The translations under genes and the position numbers were made by a program. This document shows, in pieces, positions 18,277 through 27,052 of a DNA stretch of 64,000 nucleotides (position 1 is the first letter of the stretch; each line of letters begins with the position of its first letter). The notes under the pieces are model-generated. The model saw nothing but the letters and a program-made list of their open reading frames with translations, had not been told where the DNA came from and searched no databases. This stretch comes from Dehalococcoidia bacterium (GTDB lineage Bacteria > Chloroflexota > Dehalococcoidia > Lucifugimonadales > UBA3495). The stretch is from contig CBDCEX010000017.1 in assembly GCA_965216025.1 (NCBI GenBank), forward strand, positions 377,768 through 441,767, in the 5' to 3' direction.

Positions 18277-18648
18277 ATGAAGGTAGTTAAGAAGGGCAGT
18301 GTTCCCAAGGAAGCCGCTCCAATGACCGGTGGCCTGATGACCGGAACCCAGGTCTACCGTCAGGGAATTCTTGGGGCGGACGACGGCAAGAACTTCAACT
18401 TCGGGATTGTCAGCTTCGACGCCGGCTCCCGCAACAAGTTCCACAAACACAGCGGCGACCAGATTCTGATCATTACTGAAGGCACCGGCAAGGTGGCAAC
18501 GGACAATGAGGTGGTGGTGGTGACCGAGGGCGACGTAATTCTCATTCCCGGTGGGGAGAATCACTGGCACGGCGCTCCCGACGACACCTCGATGGCGCAC
18601 ATCACGGTGACGGTTAAGGGGAGTCAGACGGAGCAGACCGAGGCTTAA
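18277..18648 (+). CDS. Cupin domain protein
   Basis: ORF 18253..18648, ATG 18277 after aggagg. Cupin motifs HKHSGDQILIITEG and GDVILIPGGENHWHG. Confidence 0.75.
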   Translation: MKVVKKGSVPKEAAPMTGGLMTGTQVYRQGILGADDGKNFNFGIVSFDAGSRNKFHKHSGDQILIITEGTGKVATDNEVVVVTEGDVILIPGGENHWHGAPDDTSMAHITVTVKGSQTEQTEA

Positions 18649-18685
18649 GCATCCCAACCTGGCGCGCTTTACCTTTGTCGGTAGA

Positions 18686-18721
18686 GAAGCCCCGTAACCT
18701 TCCGCAAGGTTCCGGGGCTTC
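18686..18721. terminator. Strong hairpin between convergent genes (possible bidirectional terminator)
   Basis: gaagccccg ... cggggcttc stem enclosing an inner aacctt-ccgc-aaggtt hairpin. No clear U-tract. Confidence 0.4.
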
Positions 18722-18774
18722 TGCATTCAGCCGCCAGTCCGGCTTGGCCTTGGCGATGCTGGGTTAATCCCCCG

Positions 18775-19665
18775 TTAACCTCCGGGCTGTTTCAAGGCTT
18801 CCGCCAATAGGCTAATCGTTTCCTCTAACGACCTCTCCCGATCCCTGGACTCAGGATTCTCTTCTCCCAGTGGAGTGTCCCCCACCAGGCGGTACATGTC
18901 CGCCACCCCTTCCAGAATATGTGGGGTCATTCCCAGCTGGCCGAAGGTTGCTTCGATCTCCTCCATCTCGCTGACCCAGCGGCGCGACTTGGCGGGTATC
19001 CCCGGAATGCCGCGCTCCATTCTCTGGTAAACCGCCCCCTGGCCGGATTGAAATTCCTCCCGCAGGGGCTGGAAAAGGCCCATAAGCTGGGCGGCCATCA
19101 GCAGTTCGGTGTGCAGGGCCGCAGTGCCTTTGGTCATGGCCGCATAACACATCTTGATGCCGGAAGCCTGACCGATATTTGGCCCGATGTTTCTCATGTC
19201 CAGACCGAACCCGGCCATCTCCTCAAACTCGGTCGCGTGCTCTCCCGAGGTGTAGAACCGGGGGCTGCTGCCGTTGCGAGGAGGACCGCCGATGATGGAT
19301 ACGTCCACGAAGCGTCCGCCGGCATCGGAGATAATCGGCTCCATCTCCTTGGCCTTGCTGGGAGCTATGGCGTTGCATTCGGCGAACAAAATGTCGCGCC
19401 GGGTGGCCCGAATCGCGTCCGCCACCCGCCGGCATACCTGCGGCACTACTTCGGATACGGTTATTGACATAACCAGGTCCGACTGCTGTACCAGGTCGTT
19501 CATGTCGGGTAAATCGGCAATGCCGGCCTGCTGGGAGAGGGCCCTGGTTCGGTCGCTGCGGCCGGTCAAACAGGTGACTACTCTCAGCTCGTTCTCCCGC
19601 AGCAGCCGGCCTACGGCGTGGCCCATATCTCCCGGGCTCAGTATCGCTACAGTGTTAATGGCCAT
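18775..19665 (-). CDS. NAD(P)-binding oxidoreductase, 6-phosphogluconate-dehydrogenase-like with DUF1932-type C-terminal domain
   Basis: 296 aa. N-terminal Rossmann motif VAILSPGDMGHAVG. Confidence 0.65.
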   Translation of the reverse strand: MAINTVAILSPGDMGHAVGRLLRENELRVVTCLTGRSDRTRALSQQAGIADLPDMNDLVQQSDLVMSITVSEVVPQVCRRVADAIRATRRDILFAECNAIAPSKAKEMEPIISDAGGRFVDVSIIGGPPRNGSSPRFYTSGEHATEFEEMAGFGLDMRNIGPNIGQASGIKMCYAAMTKGTAALHTELLMAAQLMGLFQPLREEFQSGQGAVYQRMERGIPGIPAKSRRWVSEMEEIEATFGQLGMTPHILEGVADMYRLVGDTPLGEENPESRDRERSLEETISLLAEALKQPGG

Positions 19666-19716
19666 CCAGAAATCTCCTTAAAAGCACTAAAGGGATGTAT
19701 GAGGAGCCAACCTTTC

Positions 19717-19883
19717 GTCATCGCGAGTTTTCATGCTCCGGCGGAGGGCCACCTACAGATGAAAATGGATTACCCTCGGCTCATGGTTCGACGGGCTCAC
19801 CACGAGCGGTAGGGATCCCGTTCGTCCTGGGGCTCTCGAAGGGCGAACGGGCTGTTTACAGAGCAGCGCCCCGAAGCAATGAC
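19717..19883. repeat. MITE-like repeat, module A only
   Basis: gtcatcgcgag ... ccgaagcaatgac. Lacks the module B hairpin. Confidence 0.8.
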
Positions 19884-20115
19884 ATACCCACAGACTCTAA
19901 AAAAGAATTATCCGCCAAATAGGGGATTTTAGAAAGGCTGACGAGGATGCGAATTGCCGTGACCTGGCCAATTTGCCCGGATAAATCACCCGGCAAAAGC
20001 TTGGTGGGCTCTCCGGAATAAGCGTAATAACCAGTGTGGCGGGGGAGTCGATGGGATCAAAGGGTTCAATCGTTGGTTCCAATTGGGGAAATCTAATTCC
20101 CGCGATCAGTTACGA

Positions 20116-21381
20116 CTACTTCAAACTCCACAGCTGCCGGAAGCGCACTCCGATGAACACAGTGACCACCACGGCGGCCAGGCCTGCCAGCATCACGGCT
20201 CCTTGGGGACCCAAGAGTGCGGTGCCAGCCATGATACCCAGCAGCACACTGCCAACCGGTTGAAATCCGTGGTCCATGTTGTAGATACTGAGAACCCTTC
20301 CCCTAAGGGCATCCGGCACTCGAGAATGTATTAGGGCATTGTTGGCCAGCCGGAATCCGGTGTTGAAAAATCCTAGGACTCCAATGATCACCAGCGACAG
20401 CACCCGGTGGGAGGACATACCAAAGAGAATCAATACTACCGTAACCAAAATGATGGAGCTCATGGTGAGCCTGCCTCGCCACTGAAAATTCCCCAGGGAG
20501 GCAACGGCGAAGGTCGCTAACAGAGCCCCCAGGCCCATGCAGGCGCCCAGCAATCCCAAAGTCCACTTTCCACCAGCAAGAACGTCCGTGGCAAAGACGA
20601 TCAACAAATTCTGGGTTGAATGGATGAACAGGGAAGGGATGAAGACCAGGATAATCAAGAGTAAAAGAGTGGTGTCGCTGCGTATGTGCCGGATACCCTC
20701 GGCGAAGTTGCGCCTGACAGTTGTTCGTTCAGCAGCTTCTTCCCGGTATGGTGTTTTCAAGGGCAAAATTAACAAGAATACCGCAAGGTAGGCGGCGCTC
20801 TGCGCGAAGAAATTACCCGCCACACCCCAAGGGAGGGCTATCAAGCCGACGCTAATCAAGGGAGCAATGCTCTGCATGACACTGTTGGCCGAGTTGTTCA
20901 ACGCTATGGCGTTGGTGATGTCCTCCCTAGGAACCGTGTTGACGATCATCGCCTGTCTTACCGGCTGGCTCAGAGCGGCATCCAGGCCCAGCAGAAAGGT
21001 AAAGACCAGCGGGTGCCAGACCGGTATTTGCTCCGGATGCAAATACACATCTAGGCCGAAGAAGAAAGCCGTCACCACCAGCCCCAGCTGGGCCGCCAGG
21101 AACAGCTTTTTCCGGTCCAACCGGTCTATGGCCACTCCGGCCAGCGGGCCCACCACCAGAATCGGCAGCGCACGAATTCCCAGAACAGTGCCGACCCAAA
21201 ATGTCGAGTTGGTTGCTTCCCACACCAGAAAGCCCATGGCGATCTGCTGGACCTGATTGCCGGCGCTGATGAAGGCGCTGCTTATCCAGAGGTATCGGAA
21301 GTTGACGTTGCGGAGGGCGGAGAAGGTCCGGAATCGGGAAGGCCGTTGCTCAAGGGCGGTTTCAATATCGGCATCGGCCAT
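20116..21381 (-). CDS. MFS transporter (EntS/MFS_3-like)
   Basis: 421 aa, about 12 hydrophobic segments, GVAIDRLDRKK loop motif. Confidence 0.8.
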   Translation of the reverse strand: MADADIETALEQRPSRFRTFSALRNVNFRYLWISSAFISAGNQVQQIAMGFLVWEATNSTFWVGTVLGIRALPILVVGPLAGVAIDRLDRKKLFLAAQLGLVVTAFFFGLDVYLHPEQIPVWHPLVFTFLLGLDAALSQPVRQAMIVNTVPREDITNAIALNNSANSVMQSIAPLISVGLIALPWGVAGNFFAQSAAYLAVFLLILPLKTPYREEAAERTTVRRNFAEGIRHIRSDTTLLLLIILVFIPSLFIHSTQNLLIVFATDVLAGGKWTLGLLGACMGLGALLATFAVASLGNFQWRGRLTMSSIILVTVVLILFGMSSHRVLSLVIIGVLGFFNTGFRLANNALIHSRVPDALRGRVLSIYNMDHGFQPVGSVLLGIMAGTALLGPQGAVMLAGLAAVVVTVFIGVRFRQLWSLK

Positions 21382-21514
21382 GTTGTATCAGCGAACTACC
21401 AGCATCAGGATCAGGCTGCTGAGATGGGAGTCGGGAATCCTGGCGGCATTTTATGCCAAATGGTAAGCCCAATCAAGGGAAAGGGCTAAGGGCAGTGTCA
21501 GCCCAGGCTCAGTT

Positions 21515-22255
21515 CTAGAAAAGCCCCTCGGTAAATCCTATTCTGTACATCAAGAACACACCAAACAGGATGCTTAGCACGCCCACTCCCGGTTGGATGA
21601 AGCTATTCAAGTTGGGCAGGCGGTTAGCGGAAAAGACGAAGGGGAGACTAATAATTACAGTCATGACTCCCATGCTCAGGACAGAACCCAGCCCAAACAG
21701 TAAAATGTATCCAATGCCCGCCAGAGGCGAATCTATGGATGCCAGGACCAAAAGGGTCAGAGCAGCGCTGCCCGCCAGGCCTTGGACCGTGCCAATGATG
21801 TAGGACTTCTTCCTAAAGAAGGGTTTGCCGACCCCTCTGACCCCATGGTGTTCTGGGGAATGGGCCGGGTTTGCGGCATGGGAATGAAAGTGGGTGTGAG
21901 CATCCTCCTGATGGCCGTGGGCGTGCTGATGGACCTTTTTCTTCTGAAAGCTGTAAATGACCTGCGCCCCCAGTCCGACCAGCATTATTCCGACCCCAAA
22001 TTCCAAAAAAAGAGCCAGGCGTTCCGGGATAGTCAATCTCAGCGCGATGATGACTATGCCTACGAGTAATAGGGTAGTGGTATGCCCCAGGCCCCAGGAT
22101 ATACCTACCCAGAAGGATCGGAGGGGATTGCGGTATTCACTGACAATCGTAGAGACCGCCACCACGTGGTCGGGATCCAAGGCATGCTTCAAACCCAGGA
22201 CTATTCCCAAGGCTAGGGCGGCGAATAATCCAAGTTCGGCTAACTGCTCTTCCAT
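21515..22255 (-). CDS. Nickel/cobalt transporter, NicO/UreH-like, with a His-rich loop
   Basis: 246 aa. LKHALDPDHV and GLGHTTT signature segments. Central loop HQHAHGHQEDAHTHFHSHAANPAHSPEHHG. Confidence 0.75.
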   Translation of the reverse strand: MEEQLAELGLFAALALGIVLGLKHALDPDHVVAVSTIVSEYRNPLRSFWVGISWGLGHTTTLLLVGIVIIALRLTIPERLALFLEFGVGIMLVGLGAQVIYSFQKKKVHQHAHGHQEDAHTHFHSHAANPAHSPEHHGVRGVGKPFFRKKSYIIGTVQGLAGSAALTLLVLASIDSPLAGIGYILLFGLGSVLSMGVMTVIISLPFVFSANRLPNLNSFIQPGVGVLSILFGVFLMYRIGFTEGLF

Positions 22256-22272
22256 CGAATACTCCCAGCTCC

Positions 22273-22755
22273 CTAATCTTCTGGTTTGGTGGGATTAGCC
22301 TTGCGCGCTTGACCCTGGCAGGTTGAGCAAACCCCAGTGATGGTGAAATGCTCCAGGTCCGGCTCGAAGTCGAACTCCCGCATCAGGGTGTGCCGAAATT
22401 GCTCCAGGTAGTGGGGACCCAGATTGAAGGCGCCGCGGCAAACCTGGCATACCATGTGATGGTGCCTGCCCTCCGGGTCGGTTAGCTCGTAGTGCAGCCG
22501 TTCGCCGATGGCCACCTCAGTAACCACGTTTAGCTTTTTGAGTAGATGCAGCGTTCGATAAACGGTGGCTATGTCCATGTAGGGGTAAGCTTCCTTGGCC
22601 AGGCGAAACACCTGGTCCACCCCCAGATGTCCGCCGCTTTCGGCGACGACGGAAAGAATCAGAAGCCTTTGGGGTGTCAGCCGGTACCCCTGTTCTCGAA
22701 GGCTTTCCACGGCTCGTTCATGTACCTGACGAGTAGCCTGGTCGGGACTGGACAT
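22273..22755 (-). CDS. Fur-family metalloregulator (Zur/Nur-like)
   Basis: 160 aa. DNA-binding ATVYRTLHLL, HHHMVCQVC...CSTC metal sites. 17 nt upstream of the Ni/Co transporter gene. Confidence 0.85.
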   Translation of the reverse strand: MSSPDQATRQVHERAVESLREQGYRLTPQRLLILSVVAESGGHLGVDQVFRLAKEAYPYMDIATVYRTLHLLKKLNVVTEVAIGERLHYELTDPEGRHHHMVCQVCRGAFNLGPHYLEQFRHTLMREFDFEPDLEHFTITGVCSTCQGQARKANPTKPED

Positions 22756-22961
22756 GCAACCACCAGTTATTGCAACTATTTGCGACAGCTAATTATGGCA
22801 CAAGCCGGTCGTTTGTCAAGACAGTTGTTGGCAATAAAATAGCTTTGGCGGCAGTCGTATTTGCTGTCCGCGATGGGATTCCGCCGGCGTTACTCTGTGT
22901 TAAAATAAGATCCTAGCCAGAGCGGTGACTTCATTTAGGTACTACTGATGAGAATTGGGGG

Positions 22962-23192
22962 GTGGGTAAGATGTATCAAAACAACACCACGGGTCTGTTG
23001 GTTGTGGGCCTTCTGTTTGGAGCAGCGGTTGGGGTTGCCGCGGGGTTCCTGCTGGCCCCCCAGGCCGGTAACAAGACGCGGGAAATTCTTCGGCAGGGAA
23101 TCGCCAGCGGCGCCGATCGGATTCGGGAACTCCGCCGTGGCATCGAAGCCGAAACCGAGGAAATCGAAACCGGGGAAACCGGAGCAGATTAG
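22962..23192 (+). CDS. YtxH-like small membrane-anchored protein
   Basis: 76 aa with GLLVVGLLFGAAVGVAAGFLLAPQAGNKTRE. The start may be ATG 22971. Confidence 0.6.
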   Translation: MGKMYQNNTTGLLVVGLLFGAAVGVAAGFLLAPQAGNKTREILRQGIASGADRIRELRRGIEAETEEIETGETGAD

Positions 23193-23306
23193 GGCCCAAG
23201 CTGCGGTGACGGCTATGGGACCCTTTGCCATGGGACTCTTTCCAGGGGAGCCTGCTTCCCTGCTCAAGGCTATATCGCCGGCTGCAGTCTCAGATTCAGG
23301 CCGCGT

Positions 23307-23945
23307 ATGAACGATACCTCTGCGTCCCACCGGCTGGCCGAGGTCATCGAGGCCGGTTCCAGCGTTTTTCGGGCGCAATGCTATCGGCTCTACGAAGCCC
23401 CGGCCCTGGGCTCTCTGGTTGCGGCCGGAGCGCCGGCAGTTTACGGGGTGGTCTGCCGGGTTTCGACCGAACCCTTAGATCCCAGCCGGCCGGTATTGGC
23501 CAGAGGAGAATCGGCCCAGACCGAAGAGCAGGTCTATCTAGACAATCCCCAGATCGCCCGTTTGTTGACCTCCAGGTTCGAAGCGCTGATCGTGGGGCAC
23601 CAGTTGGAAACCGGCATCAGCCATCACCTCCCGCCGCTACCACCCCGGGTGCATTCCTTCGTAAAAGAGTGCTCGCCTGATGAGATCACGGATTTCAGCA
23701 GCGGCCTGGGCTTCATTCATCTTTTGGTCAGCGCCGGTCCGGCTGCCAGCGAAGAGGTAATTCGCGCCTGTATGCTCCGCTTGATTGAAGCCCATTCTAT
23801 CGTAGCCCATTCTATCCTAGCCCACTCTATTGATGCCCATTCTGGCCCACCCGAGTTCCGAGTCCAGGTTGGGAAGGCGCTGGCCAAAGAGCTGGCCGGA
23901 GATGTGCCCCAGCTTACAGCTATCTTGAGAGGGTTGGCCCAATGA
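23307..23945 (+). CDS. Hypothetical protein, possible HAS-barrel-like partner of the downstream HerA-like ATPase
   Basis: 212 aa. Overlaps the next gene by 4 nt (ATGA). The N-terminus AEVIEAGSSVFRAQCYR...GSLV...VYGVVCRVSTE resembles the barrel at the N-terminus of the ATPase. Contains a 4 x 15-bp in-frame repeat. Confidence 0.6.
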   Translation: MNDTSASHRLAEVIEAGSSVFRAQCYRLYEAPALGSLVAAGAPAVYGVVCRVSTEPLDPSRPVLARGESAQTEEQVYLDNPQIARLLTSRFEALIVGHQLETGISHHLPPLPPRVHSFVKECSPDEITDFSSGLGFIHLLVSAGPAASEEVIRACMLRLIEAHSIVAHSILAHSIDAHSGPPEFRVQVGKALAKELAGDVPQLTAILRGLAQ

Positions 23946-25687
23946 CGAACGGCCCGGCGCCCAATGGCCCGGTGCCCAATGGAATGATTTCGGATTTCCC
24001 GCAGCCGGAGGAGCAGCCTCTGGGCCTGGTAGTGGGTGGTTCCTTATCGCACGGGGTGGAAGTCCGGCTGGATACCGGCGGGCGAACCTCGGTGGAGGAC
24101 CTGAAAGCTGGCAGTTTCGTCACCATTCGCGGCGCCAAGCACCGGTTCTTCGGCGTGGTAACCGACCTGACCTTGAACAGTTCCGATCCCCGGCTGAAGC
24201 ACCAGCCGCCCTCGGTGGATGACCCTTTTACCGCCGAGGTGGTTTCCGGATCGGTCGCCTATGGAACTGCATCCGTGCTGCCTCACCTGACCATGCCCCT
24301 GGTCTCGGGCGGCCTTAGCAAGACTTCGGAGACCGAAACTCCGGTGGCGGCCAAGACCATTCCATCCCATTTCTCGCCGGCTTACCCGGCATCGAAGCAG
24401 GATGTGGAGATGGTCTTCGGGCGGGAGGATGAGCAGCATTTCTGGGTCGGGACTCCCCTGGACATGGATGCCAGGGTCTGCCTGAACCTGGAAGAGTTGG
24501 TGAAGCGGTCTATTGGCGTGTTCGGCAAAAGCGGCACCGGCAAGACCTTCCTGACCCGGCTGCTCTTGGTGGGCATCCTCCAGGGCAACCAGGCGTCTTC
24601 CTTGATTTTCGACATGCACAGCGAATACGGCTGGGGCGGTCAGGACACCGACCGGAATGCCACTGTGAAGGGGTTGAAGCAGCTTTTCCCGGCCCGGGTG
24701 GCCACCTTTACCTTGGACGAGGAGCAGGCCCGGCGGCGGGGTGTATCCGCCGATGAAGTGGTGCGCATCGGCTATGGGGAAATCGAGCCGGAGGACGTGG
24801 AGCTGCTGCGGGAAACCTTGAGCTTGTCCGAGGTAGCCGCGGCGGCAGCCTACAACTTGCAGCAGAGGTTCGGGCAAAGGGACTGGTTGGCCAGCTTTCT
24901 TGCCCTTGGCGGCACCCAGGTAGCCGAACTGGCCGGCGAACTCGGCGTGAATTCTGCGGCATTGGGTGCCTTGCACAACCGGCTGCAGCGCCTCCAGCGT
25001 TACCGGTTTCTGGAAGAGCGAAGTCAGTCCGGTGCAGCGGATGACGTTACGGAGAAGATTATTCAGCACTTGGAGCGAGGCAATCACGTGGTGCTGGAGT
25101 TCGGGGGCTACGGAAATGACCTAACCGCCTACATTCTGGTCAGCAATCTGCTTTCTCGCCGGATTCACGAGCGGTATGTGGCCCTTACCGACGCGGCCGA
25201 AGGCAATCGGGGCAAGAAGCCGCGGCCGCTGGTGATTGTCATAGAAGAGGCCCACAAGTTCCTCCATCCTGGCGTGGCATCCCAGACCATCTTTGGTATT
25301 ATCGCCAGGGAGCTTCGCAAGTACAGCGTTACCTTGATGGTCATCGACCAGAGGCCCAGCGCCATCGACCAGGAGGTTATGAGCCAACTGGGGACCCGAT
25401 TAGTCTGTCTGCTGGATAACGACCGGGACGTGGAAGCGGCGCTTTCCGGAGCTCCCGGCAATCGCCAGCTGAAAGAAGTGCTCTCCCGCCTGGAGCCTAA
25501 ACAGCAGGCCTTGCTCTTCGGGCATGCGCTGCCCATGCCCGTGGTGGTCCACACCCGGAGCTATGATGAGGACTTCTATGCCCAGATCTACCAGAAACCC
25601 GCCGCTGGAGACGTTCGCCAAACCGGCGAGACCCCCGGAGAAACTACCCAGGAGCGACTTGAAAGACAAATCAACGAGCTCTTTTAG
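23942..25687 (+). CDS. HerA/FtsK-class ATPase (DUF87-like) with N-terminal HAS-barrel
   Basis: 581 aa. Walker A GKSGTGKTF, Walker B LVIVIEEAHKF, and MVIDQRPSAIDQEVMSQLGTRLVCLL. Confidence 0.8.
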   Translation: MTNGPAPNGPVPNGMISDFPQPEEQPLGLVVGGSLSHGVEVRLDTGGRTSVEDLKAGSFVTIRGAKHRFFGVVTDLTLNSSDPRLKHQPPSVDDPFTAEVVSGSVAYGTASVLPHLTMPLVSGGLSKTSETETPVAAKTIPSHFSPAYPASKQDVEMVFGREDEQHFWVGTPLDMDARVCLNLEELVKRSIGVFGKSGTGKTFLTRLLLVGILQGNQASSLIFDMHSEYGWGGQDTDRNATVKGLKQLFPARVATFTLDEEQARRRGVSADEVVRIGYGEIEPEDVELLRETLSLSEVAAAAAYNLQQRFGQRDWLASFLALGGTQVAELAGELGVNSAALGALHNRLQRLQRYRFLEERSQSGAADDVTEKIIQHLERGNHVVLEFGGYGNDLTAYILVSNLLSRRIHERYVALTDAAEGNRGKKPRPLVIVIEEAHKFLHPGVASQTIFGIIARELRKYSVTLMVIDQRPSAIDQEVMSQLGTRLVCLLDNDRDVEAALSGAPGNRQLKEVLSRLEPKQQALLFGHALPMPVVVHTRSYDEDFYAQIYQKPAAGDVRQTGETPGETTQERLERQINELF

Positions 25688-25715
25688 CCCGGCCTCGTAG
25701 CGGGTATGTGATAAT

Positions 25716-25748
25716 CCTTCGTTCGTGGTGAGCTTGTCGAACCATGAC
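25716..25748. repeat. MITE-like repeat, short module A fragment
   Basis: ccttcgttcgtggtgagcttgtcgaaccatgac. Confidence 0.6.
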
Positions 25749-25845
25749 CAACCAAACTTGACCCGCCAAAACTTGAAACCCGCCAAACTGACCAACCAAA
25801 CTTGACCCGCCAAACTTGACCCGCCAAACTTGACCCGCCAAACTC
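25749..25845. repeat. Tandem 14-bp repeat (cttgacccgccaaa), three perfect plus about three degenerate units
   Basis: Perfect units at 25801-25814, 25815-25828 and 25829-25842. Degenerate units upstream from about 25749. Confidence 0.85.
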
Positions 25846-25860
25846 GGCCTGTTCGCCCGG

Positions 25861-25993
25861 AGCCTTGAATCTAAAGCCAAACAGGGTCAGTGGAGACATC
25901 GTCAGGAAAATTCCTTCTCAGTCCCCCTTTGCAAAGGGGGATATAGGGGGATTTGGAACCCCCAAATTTGGTAATTTCGTCAAGGTTCAATAG
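25861..25993. repeat. 130-bp repeat directly upstream of a gene start (copy 2)
   Basis: Homologous to 15603-15733. Ends about 27 nt before panC. Confidence 0.75.
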
Positions 25994-26019
25994 GCGGTTC
26001 AGCTATTACCATTTCCCAA

Positions 26020-26856
26020 ATGCGCATTATTGAAAACAGTAAGGAAATGGCGCAGGCCTGCCGGGAGGCTTGCCGTCCCCTTGCGTTAGTCCCCACCATG
26101 GGCGCCCTCCACGAGGGGCACCTGGCTCTGGTACGCCAGGCTAGGCAAGAAAACCAACGTCTGGCCGTGAGCATCTTCGTCAACCCGACCCAGTTCAGCC
26201 AAGCCGAAGACCTGTCCCGGTATCCCCGGGATTTAGAGCGGGACCTGGCGTTGCTGCGGCAGGAAGGCGTTGACCTGGTGTACGCTCCTGCCCCGGAGGA
26301 GATTTACCCGCCGGAGTTCGACACCTGGGTGGAGCCCGGCGCTTTGGCGGACCGGCTGGAAGAGGTGGTTCGACCGGGGCACTTCCGCGGCGTGGCCACT
26401 GTGGTGACCAAGCTGTTTAACCTGATGCGCCCAGACCGGGCCTACTTCGGCCAGAAAGACGGCCAGCAAGTCCTGGTGATCCAACATTTGGTGCGGGACC
26501 TGAACATTGGGGTGGAAGTTGTCGTAGTGCCCACAGTGCGGGAGCCTGACGGTTTGGCCCTGAGCAGCCGGAATACTTACCTTACGCCGGAACAGCGGAT
26601 AGCCGCTCCGGTCATCTATCGGGCCTTGAGTCGGGGCCAAGAATTGCGCCGGCAGGGCGTAGCAGGAGGGGAGGAGCTGCGGGCGGCGGTTCGCCGGGTG
26701 CTGGAGGAGGAGCCACTCCTGGAACAAATTGAATACGTCAGCCTGGCGGACTGGGGCACGCTGGAGGAGTTGGATGTACTAGCGGGCCGCGCCATGCTTT
26801 CCGTGGCAGTGAGACTGGGGCATACGAGACTGATCGACAACTTGATACTAGATTAG
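26020..26856 (+). CDS. panC: Pantoate--beta-alanine ligase
   Basis: 278 aa with VPTMGALHEGHLALV, FVNPTQF and YFGQKDGQQ. Confidence 0.9.
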   Translation: MRIIENSKEMAQACREACRPLALVPTMGALHEGHLALVRQARQENQRLAVSIFVNPTQFSQAEDLSRYPRDLERDLALLRQEGVDLVYAPAPEEIYPPEFDTWVEPGALADRLEEVVRPGHFRGVATVVTKLFNLMRPDRAYFGQKDGQQVLVIQHLVRDLNIGVEVVVVPTVREPDGLALSSRNTYLTPEQRIAAPVIYRALSRGQELRRQGVAGGEELRAAVRRVLEEEPLLEQIEYVSLADWGTLEELDVLAGRAMLSVAVRLGHTRLIDNLILD

Positions 26857-26946
26857 AGCTCTGCGCACCGGAACGGTAGCCGCGCCAATTGGGGGGTGTT
26901 AAAAAATCCGCGACTTCCAGGCTCCAGGTGCCATCCCGTTTTGGGC

Positions 26947-26981
26947 TTCGGCATCCTCTCCCATCAAGGGAGAAGGGGCTC
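26947..26981. repeat. Short hairpin repeat (cttctccc-atca-agggagaag type)
   Basis: cttcggcatcctctcccatcaagggagaaggggct. A longer relative lies at 36080-36166. Confidence 0.6.
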
Positions 26982-27052
26982 ATACCAGGATGCGGATTCT
27001 TCTGTTCCAGCGTGGACAATGCGCCGGGATTTTAAAACACCCTCTTACCGCC

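Noticed and set aside
24044-25087. Long antisense ORFs inside well-supported genes: 24044..25087 (-) 347 aa in the HerA-like gene; 36181..37239 (+) 352 aa opposite ruvB; 59639..60439 (-) opposite cofD; 32017..32697 (-); 35155..35832 (-); 46856..47446 (+) opposite uvrB.
   Set aside because: They are Arg/Gly/Pro/Leu-rich shadow frames typical of high-GC DNA and have no motifs. Each lies fully inside a gene with strong family signatures on the other strand.
25749-25845. CRISPR array.
   Set aside because: The units are 14 bp and directly abutting, with no spacers, and no cas genes are nearby. This is a simple tandem repeat.
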